53,953 bases of DNA, taken from the NCBI RefSeq assembly GCF_006345805.1, contig NW_021833813.1:1-53953 (forward strand), given 5' to 3'. The stretch comes from Octopus sinensis (Eukaryota). The position numbers were made by a program, and so were the translations under genes. This document shows positions 12,330 through 26,347 of this stretch, one piece after another. Every line of letters begins with the position of its first letter. Within the stretch, counting starts at the first letter, position 1. The notes below the pieces were generated by a model. That model did not search any database, was not told the origin of the DNA, and saw nothing but the letters and a program-made list of their open reading frames with translations.

Positions 12330-12717
12330 CGTGTCGTATAGCCAGCTGGAGACGATGTCACCTGGGCTAAATTACAGCAAATTAAAATACTAAAGATGTG
12401 GCGTGTTAAAACGAAACTGTTTCCACATATTACAGTATGATAAGAAAGGGATGTAGGAACATCTAGATAACATCCCAGGAGAACCATGTCTCAGAGAAAC
12501 CCAAAATAGTGCACTGACAAGTACCGCTCGCATGCTTAGAAAAAGCTTATCAATTTAAATGTCTGTGTTGTATTACATGAAGATATTTCGCTACTGCCCC
12601 TACCACTTCCCCTCCCCAAGCTTTCATCCATACCGTAACACCTCTTATCCTTCATTCGCCCAAGGACGCTGGGTGTGCCTCGGCAAGTGATTGTAACAAG
12701 CATGCAGATTAAAAGTA

Positions 12718-12791
<74 letters not shown>
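12330..12791 (+). mobile_element. 3' fragment of R4/Dong-type RT-REL retrotransposon (family D) with (TAA)n tail
   Basis: KMWRVKTK and STARMLRKSLSI* resemble the C-terminus of the REL elements nearby. A 3' UTR follows, then (TAA)n at 12718-12791. Confidence 0.7.
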
Positions 12792-12793
<2 letters not shown>

Positions 12794-12860
12794 GAAAGTT
12801 AATATCAAAAGAGGAATTTTCCAGGGGAATTCGTTTCCCCTTTTAATATTTGTTCAAACG
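12792..12860 (+). mobile_element. Tiny internal RT fragment of an R4-type element
   Basis: KVNIKRGIFQGNSFPLLIFV (cf. IFQGDSLSPLIF), sitting between two (TAA)n tracts. Confidence 0.65.
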
Positions 12861-12906
12861 AGATAATGAAAAAGGAAACAACAACAACAACAAAATATTA
12901 ATAATG

Positions 12907-12959
<53 letters not shown>

Positions 12960-12975
12960 TAATAATAATAATAAA

Positions 12976-13229
12976 CATCATTTTCGTATGGCCTTTTAGA
13001 CATTCACTAGTACAACACTAAGTACAAAACCAAATATATGGCACCCTAGGCATAACACCAGCATGAACTTCAACTTGTCTCTTGAGGTCTCTGGGTGAGA
13101 CTTGAAGTGAACCTTACTAATGTAAAGCAAAAGTCAAACATAGAATGATGATGATGATGATAATGATAATAATAATAATAATAATAATATAATAATAACC
13201 AATAATAATAATAATAATAATAATAATAA
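12976..13229 (+). mobile_element. 3' UTR fragment of R4/Dong family C plus (ATG)/(TAA)n tail
   Basis: Reverse complement of 19615-19770 (TCTCTTGAGGTCTCTGGGTGAGACTTG...GTCAAACATAGAAT). Confidence 0.85.
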
Positions 13230-16200
13230 GAGAGAACACCGGGGGACATTTAAGATGTAAGAAGGAAAATACAGAGCTCCGAAATCTATCCACAAGCATC
13301 GAAAACAAGACATCCTATGGAGCCAAAGATTTACTAACAAAGAATTGGACTGTATCCGAGTAAGTAATACTAATTGAAATTTATTACTATTTTCGAAACG
13401 AAATGATGTATTTTGACTCGACATCATCTCCACCTCTAACACAACACATGTAAACATACGTGGAACATCACGATCATCCCCGACCCCAAACACCATGTAC
13501 AAAGGAACGACGAAGAAATAAATGCCACCGATACTATTCAACCAAGAATAACAATCGAGCGGTACGTACATTAAACTTACAGCAAAATATGCACGAAAAA
13601 CTACACGTGCGAAATAATGTGACAACAGAAATAAACGGACCGGTACCCTACGAAAATGACGACCGTCAAAATAATGGGCCGGACGTTGTACCTCATGTCC
13701 CGCAAATAAAACCCAAAAGGACATGTGAGGAATACATTTCTATCTTACACGCATACTTCACAGCAGTGCTCTACCCAAAAAAATGAAAATACAACAACAC
13801 ATACATATAAAATATGGAAGGAAAATAATAGAGATATAGACCTGGCTACAGCAATGAACCCTAATAAATTAGCTAACGTACGAAGATACATTCTCAACAC
13901 AAAAAAATATCAGAAATATAAATAGAACATCTAAAAGAAAAAATACACCAGGAAAATGTAGATAGAAGCCACACAACAATGCCCAATAATATAAACACTG
14001 AAACTGTAAAACACGAAGACAAACGCAACATTCCCAACAAACACGATGTAAACAACGAAGGGGAGCCTAATGATTATGATAATATAAAAATAAAATAATC
14101 AAAGAACTGAAAACCACAGAGCTCAAAATGGACCACCGACCATACCTCCCAAGAATCAAAATAAACGAAATAACAACACCAATTATAAACAGCATAAACC
14201 TAGCCGTCACTGAACTAATAGCCACTGAAACAAAAAAAAGTGATATCACTGAGCTGAATGACTTAATATACGCAGCAGCCACTGCAGCCACAAAAGAAGC
14301 TGGATACTCACCCAACCCACCCAAACAGGAGTACCACCACCCAAACAAACTGTAGATAAATAACATCCAAAACAAAATAAAAAAAATTAGAAAAGACCTG
14401 TCGATTCTTATGAAATCAGCAAACAATCAATGCTACTGAGCAACAAAAAGAAAACAAAAATACTCCGCAAATATAACATCACAGAGAAAGATTTGCCTGA
14501 GATAAAAGAAAAGCTGAAGCAAGATAAGCACAAAGGATCCGCCGGTACGAGAAACGCCAATGCTTCTTTGAACAAAACAAAAAGTTCAACCCCAACCCCA
14601 AAAAGTTCTACCAAGACTGGTCAAAAATAAAATAGAAGTCACTGAAGCACCAACGGCAGAAGAATTGGAAGAATTCTGGAGAGAAATATGGTCGGCGAAC
14701 GAACAACCAAGAAAAGGAGTATCAAAATAACAAACTCGGCATCTGAACAACTTTGGACCCCCATAACAACTGAAGAGGTCACCCAGGCACTGCAAAGACT
14801 AAGCAACTGGAAGGCACCTGGGCATGACAAGATCCCCAACTTCTTTGGTTGAAATATCTAACAGGAATGCACAAAAAGCTAGCTGAAAAACTTTAACAAC
14901 ATACTAGCAGAGCCAGAGACAATGCCTGAATGGCTCACGAAGGGGAAAACCATCTTAATTTCCAAATCAAATGAAACAGAAAAACCAGAAAACTACAGAC
15001 CAATAACCTGCCTCCCTACCATGTTCAAGGCATTTACTGCAGTGATATCACAAAGGCTGAACAAGCACCTGGACGAAAACAAACTGTTCCCAGAAGAGCA
15101 GAAAGGATGCCGCAAAGGCTCATATGGCTGTAAAGATCAACTAATGATTAATAAAGCCATAACTGAAGACAGCCACAGAAAGAAGAAAGGCTCAGTATGG
15201 CCTGGATTGACTACAAAAAGGCGTTTGATAGCATCCCCCACACATGGATCCTCGAAACACTAGCCATTAACAAAGTAGCACCAACAATCATAAAATTCAT
15301 AGAGCACTCTATGAATAAATGGCAAACAGTCCTACACCTCCAAACAAAAGAGGGACTCATGAAAACCAAAGACATCCCCATTAGAAGAGGATATTCCAGG
15401 GAGACACGCTCTCTCCACTCCTTTTCTGCTTGGCACTGTCACCTCTATCTGATATACTAAATAGAACTGGATGCGGATATAAATGTTACGGCAAAACGAT
15501 CAGCCACCTTTTATATATGGATGACCTAAAACTATACGCTGCAAATGACAAACAGCTGGAAACACTATTAAAGACAGTTCATGGATTTACCAAAGAAATA
15601 GATATGAAATTTGGATTAGAAAAATGCGCCAAAGTAACCATGAAAAGAGGAAAACTAGTTAAGAGTAACAACATCACACTAGATAAAACCAATGAAATAA
15701 AAGAATTAGACCAAAGCCAAACTTACAAATACTTAGGAATACATGAACTAGATAAGACACAACACACACAAATGAAAGAGAAATAAAAAAAGAATATTAT
15801 AGACGAGTTAGATCAATACTAAAAACAGAGCTCAATGCTAAAAACAAGATAATAGGTATCAACACTTTAGCTCCCAGTTATAAGTTACAGCTACAATATC
15901 CTTAACTGGACACGAAATGAACTGACCAAAATGGATAGGAAAACAAGAAAAATAATGACAGGATCTACGATGCATCACCCAAAATCTGACATAGAAAGAC
16001 TATATATACAACGTATAGAAGGTGGTAGAGGCCTTATACAGCTGGAAAACTACTATAAAATAACCACCATAGGACTGCAAAAATATCTACTTCAGAAGGA
16101 AGGAAAACTGATCCAGATAGCGGCAAAACACGAGCAAAACAAACACTGTTCTCAGTATTTAAGGAAGCTGACGAATACAAACAAGAAATCATACCACCTA

Positions 16201-17181
16201 ATAAACATGAAGAAGAAGAAGAAGATGAAGAAACAACAAAAGCTATAAAACAAATGAAATCCAACTAAAAATAGAACAGCAACGAACCATGATAAAACGA
16301 TGGCAAGAAAAGCCCCTTCATGGTAAATACTGGACTAAACTAAACGCAAAAGAAATAGACAAAGAAAAATCCCAGCAATGGTTGAGAAGCTCAGGACTCA
16401 AAGCAGAAACAGAGGGATTTTTAATTGCAGCACTAGACCAAAGCCTCCCCACCAGAATTACCAAAAACATGTAATGAAAAGAAATATTACAAGTAACTGC
16501 AGAATATGTGGAGATGGACAAGAAACAATAAATCATATTATCTCTAGCTGCCCAGTCTTGGCTAAGAAGGAATATATTCACAGACATGACAGAGTTGGAA
16601 CCTACATACATTGGAAGCTATGCCAACATTATGGAATAACAACAGAAAAAAGATGGTATAGGCACACACCAGAAAAGGTCACAGAAAACGAGAAAGCAAC
16701 CATACTCTGGGATATGCCGATACACACAGATAGAGAAATTAAGGCCAACAGACCAGATATAGTTGTCAGAGATCATGAAGAAAAAAAATGCTTTCTAATT
16801 GATGTATCAATACCGGCAGATGACAACGTGTCTCTAAAAGAAATGGAGAAACTTTCAAAATACAAAGACCTGGAAATAGAGGTAACTAGAAGTGGAATCT
16901 GAAAACAGAAACAATTCCTATCATAGTAGGTGCATTAGGCATGATAAAAAATATTCAGACAAAAATACATAACAAAAACACCAGGACTTACAAACACATA
17001 TAACATACAGAAAATTGCACTACTAGGCACTGCACACATCCTACGCAGAACACTTTCCTTACAATAACTATCTGAGCATCACAACAAATCACAGCACATA
17101 TTCAAGGCACACAGAGCTGTGCTCGGTAGTGAAGTGAAAGCACGCTATAAAAATAAAACTACTGAATAATAATAATAATAA
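13230..17181 (+). mobile_element. Near full-length R4/Dong-type RT-REL retrotransposon (family A), frameshifted
   Basis: RT motifs: NYRPITCLPTMFK, EEQKGC, WIDYKKAFDSIPH, YMDDLKL, YKYLG. CCHC knuckle CRICG..ETINHIISSC. REL nuclease RPDIVV..LIDVSIP..KLSKY. (TAA)n on both sides. Confidence 0.95.
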
Positions 17182-17216
17182 AAATGTCCTGATGCAGTGC
17201 CGGGCAGTGGCTCTCC

Positions 17217-17352
17217 ATTATTATTATTTTATTATTATTATTTATTATTATTATATTATTATTATGATTATTATATTATTATATTATCATTATTATCATT
17301 ATTATCATTATTATCATTATTATCATTATTCTTATTATTATTATTATCATTA

Positions 17353-17397
<45 letters not shown>

Positions 17398-17440
17398 CAT
17401 ATTATTATTATTATCATTATTATCATTATTATTATTATTA

Positions 17441-17474
<34 letters not shown>

Positions 17475-17701
17475 CATTATTATCATTATTATCATTATTA
17501 TCATTCAGTAGTTTTATTTTTATAGCGTCCATTATTATTATTAGTATATTATTATTATTATTTATTATTATTATTATTATTATTATATATTATTATTATT
17601 ATTATCATTATTATCATTATTATCATATTATTATTATTATCATATTATCATTATTATCATTATTATCATTATTATCATTATTCTTATTATTATTATCATT
17701 A

Positions 17702-17737
<36 letters not shown>

Positions 17738-17784
17738 CATTATTATCATTATTATCATTATTATTATTATTATCATTATTATCA

Positions 17785-17819
<35 letters not shown>

Positions 17820-17847
17820 ATCATTATTATCATTATTATCATTATTA

Positions 17848-17882
<35 letters not shown>

Positions 17883-17910
17883 GTAATTATTATTATTATT
17901 ATTATTATTA

Positions 17911-17964
<54 letters not shown>
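17217..17964. repeat. (ATT)n/(ATC) microsatellite tract containing a 24-bp inverted copy of the family A terminus
   Basis: Direct reading. TTCAGTAGTTTTATTTTTATAGCG at 17504-17527. Confidence 0.95.
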
Positions 17965-17965
<1 letters not shown>

Positions 17966-18740
17966 TTTTTTTTTCTTCTTTCAAATTTGCTTCTATTTCT
18001 TGCCGAGTGTCTTCTCAACTCCTAGGGCAAAGAAACTCATAGTGTATATTGGAAGGCCATTAAACCAAACTCAATAGTTCGTTCATTTTTTTTTCTTTAA
18101 TTTATTTTTTTTTTTAAAGTTAAATTAAAATACACGAGCAGCAACAGTTCTCACATCGACAATGCTCTTCTCAATACGTATGATGTACCAGTTAAGACAA
18201 TCTTTTGCACTTCTTGCAGGGATGGTAAGCCCGGGACCATTCTCCTATAATTTTCGGTTCCCTTCTTGATCATTCCTAGTGCTCCTACGATCACTGGTAT
18301 TGTAACCGCCTTGAGATGCCACATTTTCTCAATTTCAATGAGTTGGTCTTTATATTTTCTGAGCTTGTCAAACTCCTTCGCTGAGATATTATGATCACAG
18401 GGGATGCTCATGTCGATCAATAATCAAACTTTATTGTTTTGGTCTTTCACAACAATATCTGGTTTATTGGCCTTGATGGTTCGGTCTGTATGTACTGGAA
18501 AGTCCCACAGAATGGTTACATTTTCTCCTTCAGTTACAGCCTCAGGGTGGTGATTATACCACTTGTCGGCAGTTTTGATATTGTAATGCCGACTTATTAG
18601 CCAGTGGAGATATTGGCCAACTCTGCCATGTCTTAATTTATACTCCACTGGTGCTAAGACTTTACATCCAGAGATTAGGTGGTCCACTGTTTCAATCATG
18701 TCGTTGCATAATCGGCATTTTGGGTCTGCTCCATTTTTTT
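17965..18740 (-). mobile_element. 5'-truncated R4/Dong family B copy (REL region and 3' UTR)
   Basis: ORFs 18424-18699 and 18151-18420 are nearly identical to the C-terminus of ORF 21348-22031. The 3' UTR matches 21068-21250. Confidence 0.95.
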
Positions 18741-18753
18741 ATTATTATTATTA

Positions 18754-18805
<52 letters not shown>

Positions 18806-19581
18806 GTTTTTATTTTTTTTTCTAAATTTGCTATCATTTCTTGCCGAGTGTCTTCCCGACTCCTAGGGCAAGAAACTCATAGTATACATTGGTAGGCCAT
18901 TAAACCAAACTCAGTAGTTCGTTCATTTTTTTTTTTTTTAAAGTTAAATTAAAATACATGAGCAGCAACAGTTCTCACATCGACAATGCTCTTCTGAATA
19001 CGTGTGATGTACCAGTTAAGACAATCTTTTGCACTTCTTGCAGGGATGGTAAGCCAGGGATCATTCTCATATAATTTTCGGTTCCCTTCTTGATCAAACC
19101 TCTGCACGGCAAATATGTGACCCGCAGAAAACAAGCTGATGTTGACCAGAAGCAAACCCATTAGTGGCTACGGAGCTCAGGGCTAAAAGCAGAGAGCCAA
19201 GGTTTCATCCTGGCTGCTCAAGATCAAAGCCTATTAACTCGGAACTACCAGGCCAATGTGATGAAAAATGGAGCAGACCCAAAATGCCGATTCTGCATAT
19301 CTGGTTTATTGGCCTTGATGGTTCGGTCTGTATGTACTGGAAAGTCCCACAGAATGGTTACATTTTCTCCTTCAGTTACAGCCTCAGGGTGGTGATTATA
19401 CCACTTGTCGGCAGTTTTGATTGTAATGCCGACTTATTAGCCAGTGGAGATATTGGCCAACTCTGTCATGTCTTAATTTACACTCCACTGGTGCTAAGAC
19501 TTTACATCCAGAGATTAGGTGGTCCACTGTTTCAATCATGTCGTTGCAGAATCGGCATTTTGGGTCTGCTCCCTTTTTTTT
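18806..19581 (-). mobile_element. Rearranged R4/Dong family B copy with an internal plus-strand inversion (19097-19297)
   Basis: 3' end on the minus strand (18806-19096); KPLHGKY...KCRFC segment on the plus strand (19097-19297); GADPKCRFC...NKPD on the minus strand (19297-19581). Confidence 0.9.
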
Positions 19582-19582
19582 A

Positions 19583-19614
<32 letters not shown>

Positions 19615-19616
<2 letters not shown>

Positions 19617-20856
19617 TATGTTTGACTTTGCTTTATATTGTACAAGTTGGCTCCAAGTCTCACCCAGAGACCTCAAGAGACAACAGGGTTGGAAGTTCAT
19701 GTTGTTGTTATGCCTAGTGTGCCATATATTTGGGGGGTGGAGAGTGTTGTACTAATGAATGTCTAAAAAAAAAAAAGGTTTTTTTTTTTTGAAACCGAAA
19801 ATTATGTTTGTTTTAAACCTTGAGATTACATAGAGAGTATTTTGCGTAGGTTATGAGCAGTTCCCATGAGCACTATCTTTTGAACTTCTGCCATTTTGGG
19901 GTTTCCTGGTATCTGAGTTAGGTAGCTATCAGCCCCTTTTGCTATCATTCCCAGGGCACCTATGACAACAGGTATTGTTTTAGTCTTCAGCTTCCACATT
20001 TTGCTTATTTCTATTTCAAGATCTTTATATTGCTCAGTTTTTGGTAGGTCTTGACAGATACGTTTATATCGATTGGGACAGTCATATCAATGAGGAGGCA
20101 TGTTCTTTGTTTGAAGTCTTTCAATATGATGTCTGGCCTATTTGCATCTATCTTCCTGTCAGTTTGAATGGTGAAGTTCCAGAGGAGTGAGATGTGGTCA
20201 TTTTCAAGCACTGGGGGTGGTTTGTGTTCCCACCAGTTTTTTTCATGGGGAAAATCCAGGTTTTTACAAGATACCCAGTGAATATATTGTGCAGCTCTAT
20301 CGTGCCTGTTGAGATACTCTGTAGGCGCTAGAAGACTGCACTTGGAGACCACATGGTCAATGGTTTCATTTTGTTGCTTGCATACACGACACGTTGGACT
20401 GCTTCTGATCTTTAATATGTTGGCCTGGTAGTTTCTTGTTGGTAGGCATTGATCTTGAGCTGCTATGATAAACCCCTCTGTTTCAGATTTTAAGCCAGAG
20501 GCCATTAGCCATTGATGGGTCAGGGCTTTGTCGATATCTGCATTATTCGCTCTCTTTGGGTATTTGCCATAGAGAGGTTTTTCTTGCCATTTATTATTCA
20601 GAATATCCTAGGCCGCAGTTTTGGCACGGGTTTTCATGCGCCTAGCTTTTTCTGTGCTTGTTTCTTGTATATCTATCTCTAATTCCGAAATTGGTTGTAT
20701 TCGGAATTCACTTAGATATTCCTTTGCCTGTTTTGTGACTGAGTATGATGCTTTCTTGTTTTCATGTTTTGAGACAAGTTTTAACATCCAGTCCTCAGAG
20801 TTTTTCAGGTAGGTGTCTAGGCCAATTGTAGCAATCTTCATTGTTATTGCCAGTTG
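19615..20856 (-). mobile_element. 5'-truncated R4/Dong family C copy
   Basis: ORF 20011-20505: SGLKSETEGFIIAAQDQ, CRVC..ETIDHVVSKC, NRPDIILKD, LIDMTVP. 3' UTR ends in (AAT)n. Confidence 0.92.
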
Positions 20857-20859
20857 CCA

Positions 20860-20905
<46 letters not shown>

Positions 20906-20963
20906 TATTATTATTATTATGATCTTATCATTATTATCATTATTATCATTATTATCATTATTA

Positions 20964-21029
<66 letters not shown>

Positions 21030-21067
21030 TATTATTATTATTATCATTATTATTATTATTATTATTA

Positions 21068-24000
21068 TTTTTTTTTTTCTTCTTTCAAATTTGCTTCCAT
21101 TTCTTGCCGAGTGTCTTCTCGACTCCTAGGGCAAAGAAACTCATAATGTATATTGGTACGCCATTAAACCAAACTCAATAGTTCGTTCATTTTTTTTCAT
21201 TTAAAAAAAGTTTTTTTTTTAAAGTTAAATTAAAATACATGAGCAGCAACAGTTCTCACATCGACAATGCTCTTCTCAATACGTATGATGTACCAGTTAA
21301 GACAATCTTTTGCACTTCTTGCAGGGATGGTAAGCCAGGGATCATTCTCATATATTTTCGGTTCCCTTCTTGATCATTCCTAGTGATCCTACGATCACTG
21401 GTATTGTAACCGCCTTGAGATGCCACATTTTCTCAATTTCAATGAGTTGGTCTTTATATTTTCTGAGCTTGTCAAACTCTTTCGCTGAGATATTATGATC
21501 ACAGGGGATGCTCATGTCGATCAATAAGCAAACTTTATTGTTTTGGTCTTTCACAACAATATCTGGTTTATTGGCCTTGATGGTTCGGTCTGTATGTACT
21601 GGAAAGTCCCACAGAATGGTTACATTTTCTCCTTCAGTTACAGCTTCAGGGTGGTGATTATACCACTTGTCGGCAGTTTTGATATTGTAATGCCGACTTA
21701 TTAGCCAGTGGAGATATTGGCCAACTCTGTCATGTCTTAATTTATACTCCACTGGTGCTAAGACTTTACATCCAGAGATTAGGTGGTCCACTGTTTCAAT
21801 CATGTCGTTGCAGAATCGGCATTTTGGGTCTGCTCCATTTTTCATCACATTGGCCTGGTAGTTCCGGGTTGATAGGCTTTGGTCTTGAGCAGCCAGGATG
21901 AAACCTTCGCTCTCTGCTTTTAGCCCTGAGCTCCGCAGCCACTGATGGGTTTGCTTCTGGTCAACATCAGCTTGTTTGCTGCGGGTCACATATTTGCCGT
22001 GTAGAGGTTTCTCCTCCCACCTATCAGCCAATTACTCGTGCGCTTTTTTCATTGCCATCATTTTCACCTTCTTTGCAACAATAGTTGCCGTTCTTCCCTC
22101 GGGTTGTTCAGTTTGGGTATCCTGCACGAGATCAATAGCAAATTTTTTGCTTTCCTTTATGATAGAATGAAGCTTCTTTCGTCTCTCGTGATTTTCCACG
22201 AGCTTTAGCATCCAGTCATTCGATATTTCGAGATATTTGGCCAGTCCAATTGTGGTTGTTTTGTAAGCTAGTTCAAATTGGATCAGGCCTCGACCTCCTT
22301 GGACTCTGGGAAGGTAAAGGCGATCTACGTCTGCCTTTGGGTGGTGCATCCTATTACAACTCAGCAGCTTGCGTATTTGTCTATCTATATTCTTTACTTC
22401 ACTCATATTCCAGTTCAACACATTGTAGCTATAAGTAACAACTGGAACTGCTAGGAATTTAAGCTAACACCTTGTTACGTGCATTTAGTTCAGATTTCAG
22501 GACTGCACGAACTCTCCTATAACATTCCTTCCTGATTTTCTCTTTCATGCTTGCATGCTGAATACCAGAGCCTTCATTTATCCCTAAATATTTGTATGTT
22601 GTTCTTGCTCAAGCTCTCTTATGACTGTGTCAACATCTAACACGACTGAATTTGTGGTCTTCACACTTTCCCTTTCTGGAAAGTGGCCTTGGCACACTTC
22701 TCAAGTCCAAACTCCATCCCGATGTCATCGCTGAATGCTTTCACGGTGCGCAATAGGCGTTCAAGTTCATTATTGTCTTTACCATAAAGTTTTAAGTCAT
22801 CCATATAAAATAGATGGCTTATTTTTTATTGGCAATTTTATACCCATACCCTGTTCTGTTTAATTCACTTGTAAGGGGTATTAGGGCTATGCAGAATATT
22901 AAAGGTGAAAGTGAGTCACCTTGAAAAATTCCACAGTTGATGTTTATATTTTCTGAGGCAAGTACTCCATTAGAGTGGTATAATTGGAGATTCGTATTCC
23001 ACAACGACATATTGTGCTTCAGGAAGTTTGAAATCACAGGGGAAATTTTGAAGATGTCCAGCGATCTCAAGATCCATGGATGCGGTATACTGTCGAAGGC
23101 CTTTTTATAGTCAATCCATGCGGTGCTGAGATTTCTGCGCTTGTTGTGACAGTTCTCAAGGATCATACGATTGATTAGCAGTTGATCTTTGCATCCGTAA
23201 GAGCCTCGGCGGCACCCTTTTTGTTCAATGGGGAAAATATCGTTCTTCTCCATGAATGCATATGTTTTCTCCGCCAGGATAGATGTTAGGATTTTATAAC
23301 GTGGTGGATAGACAGGTTATAGGCCGATAGTTTTTTGGAAGGTTGGTTTCGTTATTCTTTGGGAGTAGGTAAGTAATGCCACTTGCTAACCATTCAGGTG
23401 TTTTCTTTGGGTCTCTCATAATTCCATTGAGCAGCTGAACTAGCTTACCGTGTGCGCACGGGAGCGATGCGAGCCAGAAATTCGGCACCCTATCTTTACC
23501 GGGGGATTTCCAATTATGGGCCTTCGTGAGTGCCTTTCTTAGGTCTGCTATTGTGATGTCTTCCCATGCTTGTTGTTGTAAATTTTGGTAGGATCCTTCA
23601 GTTTGTATAATCCAGTCTGCATTTATGTTGTACGTCTTCTTGTCACTCCAAATCCTTTTCCAAAAGATTTGAACTTCTTCCATGGGAGGGGGGTCTTTAA
23701 CGGTTACTTTCTCCTTCCCTATTTCTCTGTAGAATTTTTTGGCATTGGATGTGAACAGCTTATTTTGCTTGTAAAACTTGTTTCTCTTCTCAAGTCTTCG
23801 TGTTCTTTGGGCTTTTGCTTGGACTTTTTGTTTCAGCGTTTCTTTTATTGATATCAGTTCTTCTCTTGGTGAGGATCCAAATTTTCTCTTCATCTTTCTT
23901 CCTATTCTGGATCTTACATCATTTCCACATATTAGTTCATTTAATATTGATATTTCCCCTCTCATAAATTCAATCTCTTTTTCAATTTTACTTCTCCAGG

Positions 24001-24990
24001 TTTGATTTCTTCCCAGGTTTTGTTTTCTTTGTTTTTTCGGGGGCATACAGCTGGTTTCAATTGCCCTAGCAGAAGCGTAAATAATTTCGTTTAACTCAGT
24101 AAAATCAGGTTTTAATTCTCGCATTATTTCATTTGTTACATAGTTGCCAATTTGGATTTGTTTTTTATTTTGGTTTGTATTTGAGAGTTTATGAAGCGGT
24201 TCTCTATCATTCATACTTGTATGTCTTACAACTTCAAGCGTATTCAGGATTTTCTGCCTCATTTCTGCCCATAGACTCTCTGTGTTCTTCAGCAAATGCG
24301 AGATCTTCAGTTACTGTTGTTGTTTTTTCGTTTTCCTGGCTATCTTTAACAGGTACAATAGAATTTCTTGTATCTTCAGGCCTTTGCGTACTTTTGTCAG
24401 ATGGCAGTCTTTCAATTAAGCCTCGTGGCGGGCTATACTGTTCATCTGATTCTTCATTTCCTTTGTGTCTTATATTTATGTCATTTTCCGTTGCGTGCTT
24501 GATCGCGCTTATTTCACTGTCTGTGAGTCTGTATTTCTAAAGATATCCCTCCTCACATTTGCTAATTTGTTCTCGTCCAAATAGGGCCTACTGTATTGAT
24601 TCCGTGTTCTCCATATACTGTAAGAGTTTGCGGTGTGTCTCTCTGAGATGGCCTACCTAATGCATAGTAATAAGCGTATAATACTTCTTTATACTCTTCT
24701 CGGGTCCATTTGTTCCGCTTACATTTTTCTTTCTGTGGTGGTTGTGGTGGTGAACTTGGAGGGCTCGAGTTGGGGGATTTCCCGTTCAAGTGACCATCCA
24801 TGTCCGTATTCGGAGAAGAGTTTGTGCCAGTTGATGACTTTTCGATCCCAGGCTGGCTCTTCCCTGGGGGACGCGCTTCCAGATTAACCATAGGACAAGC
24901 GATTGGTATAATGATTTAGTTTTCCTTTTAGTTTCCAAAAACATTTTGGTGCTACGATAATGTTATCATTTTTTAGCTTTGATTGGCTCG
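21068..24990 (-). mobile_element. Near full-length R4/Dong-type RT-REL retrotransposon (family B), frameshifted
   Basis: ORF starts at 24891. Motifs: KWTREEYKEV, NYRPITCLST, WIDYKKAFDSIPH, IFQGDSLSPL, HLFYMDDLKLY (~22800), CRFC..HLISGC, KPDIVV..LIDMSIP. Flanked by (ATT)n on the plus strand. Confidence 0.95.
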
Positions 24991-24992
24991 TT

Positions 24993-25715
<723 letters not shown>

Positions 25716-25719
25716 AATA

Positions 25720-26108
25720 TCGATTTTTCTGCGATATTTTTTGAAAATTCACATAGATTTTCCCTACACCGACGTTGGACATCAAGTTTGCATTAAATGT
25801 CAAACTAACGACCTTTTGTCAATGCAGTTAACAAGTATTGAAGAAATCGACAAAACCATATCACTTTGAGACCGACCATGCGAACCTACAAAACTGACTT
25901 TTGTTAAATAGTTGGCGGATTTCAGGCGATTTAGTCGATTTTTGCCGCTTTTATCATAAAGGTTACTAGAAATGGCATATATTTTCCTTTTGCTTCAAAT
26001 CCGAGCAATGTTGGGCTGTAGATGCGTTAAGTTAGGATTAGGTAGGGCTTAGCTGTGGTCCGAACCCAACTTGTGTTCGAGGGGGCAACGGCGGGCTATG
26101 CTGCTAGT
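25720..26108 (+). mobile_element. Possible non-autonomous Helitron (3' end)
   Basis: GC-rich GGGGGCAACGGCGGG followed 8 nt later by CTAG|T (26104-26108), then (TA)n. The subterminal hairpin is imperfect. Confidence 0.35.
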
Positions 26109-26118
26109 ATATATATAT

Positions 26119-26174
<56 letters not shown>

Positions 26175-26195
26175 ATTATATATTTATATATATTA

Positions 26196-26240
<45 letters not shown>

Positions 26241-26246
26241 ATTATA

Positions 26247-26298
<52 letters not shown>

Positions 26299-26347
26299 TA
26301 TATATATATATATATGGTGTGTGTGTGTGTGTATGTGTGTGTGTGTG
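26108..26347. repeat. (TA)n followed by (GT)n
   Basis: Direct reading. Confidence 0.97.

Noticed and set aside
17192-18025. Long ORFs of poly-I/Y/L/N (also 12536, 20813, 24960, 25293, 26055, 37774-38661)
   Set aside because: These are translations of ATT/TA/TATG microsatellites, which lack stops in some frames.
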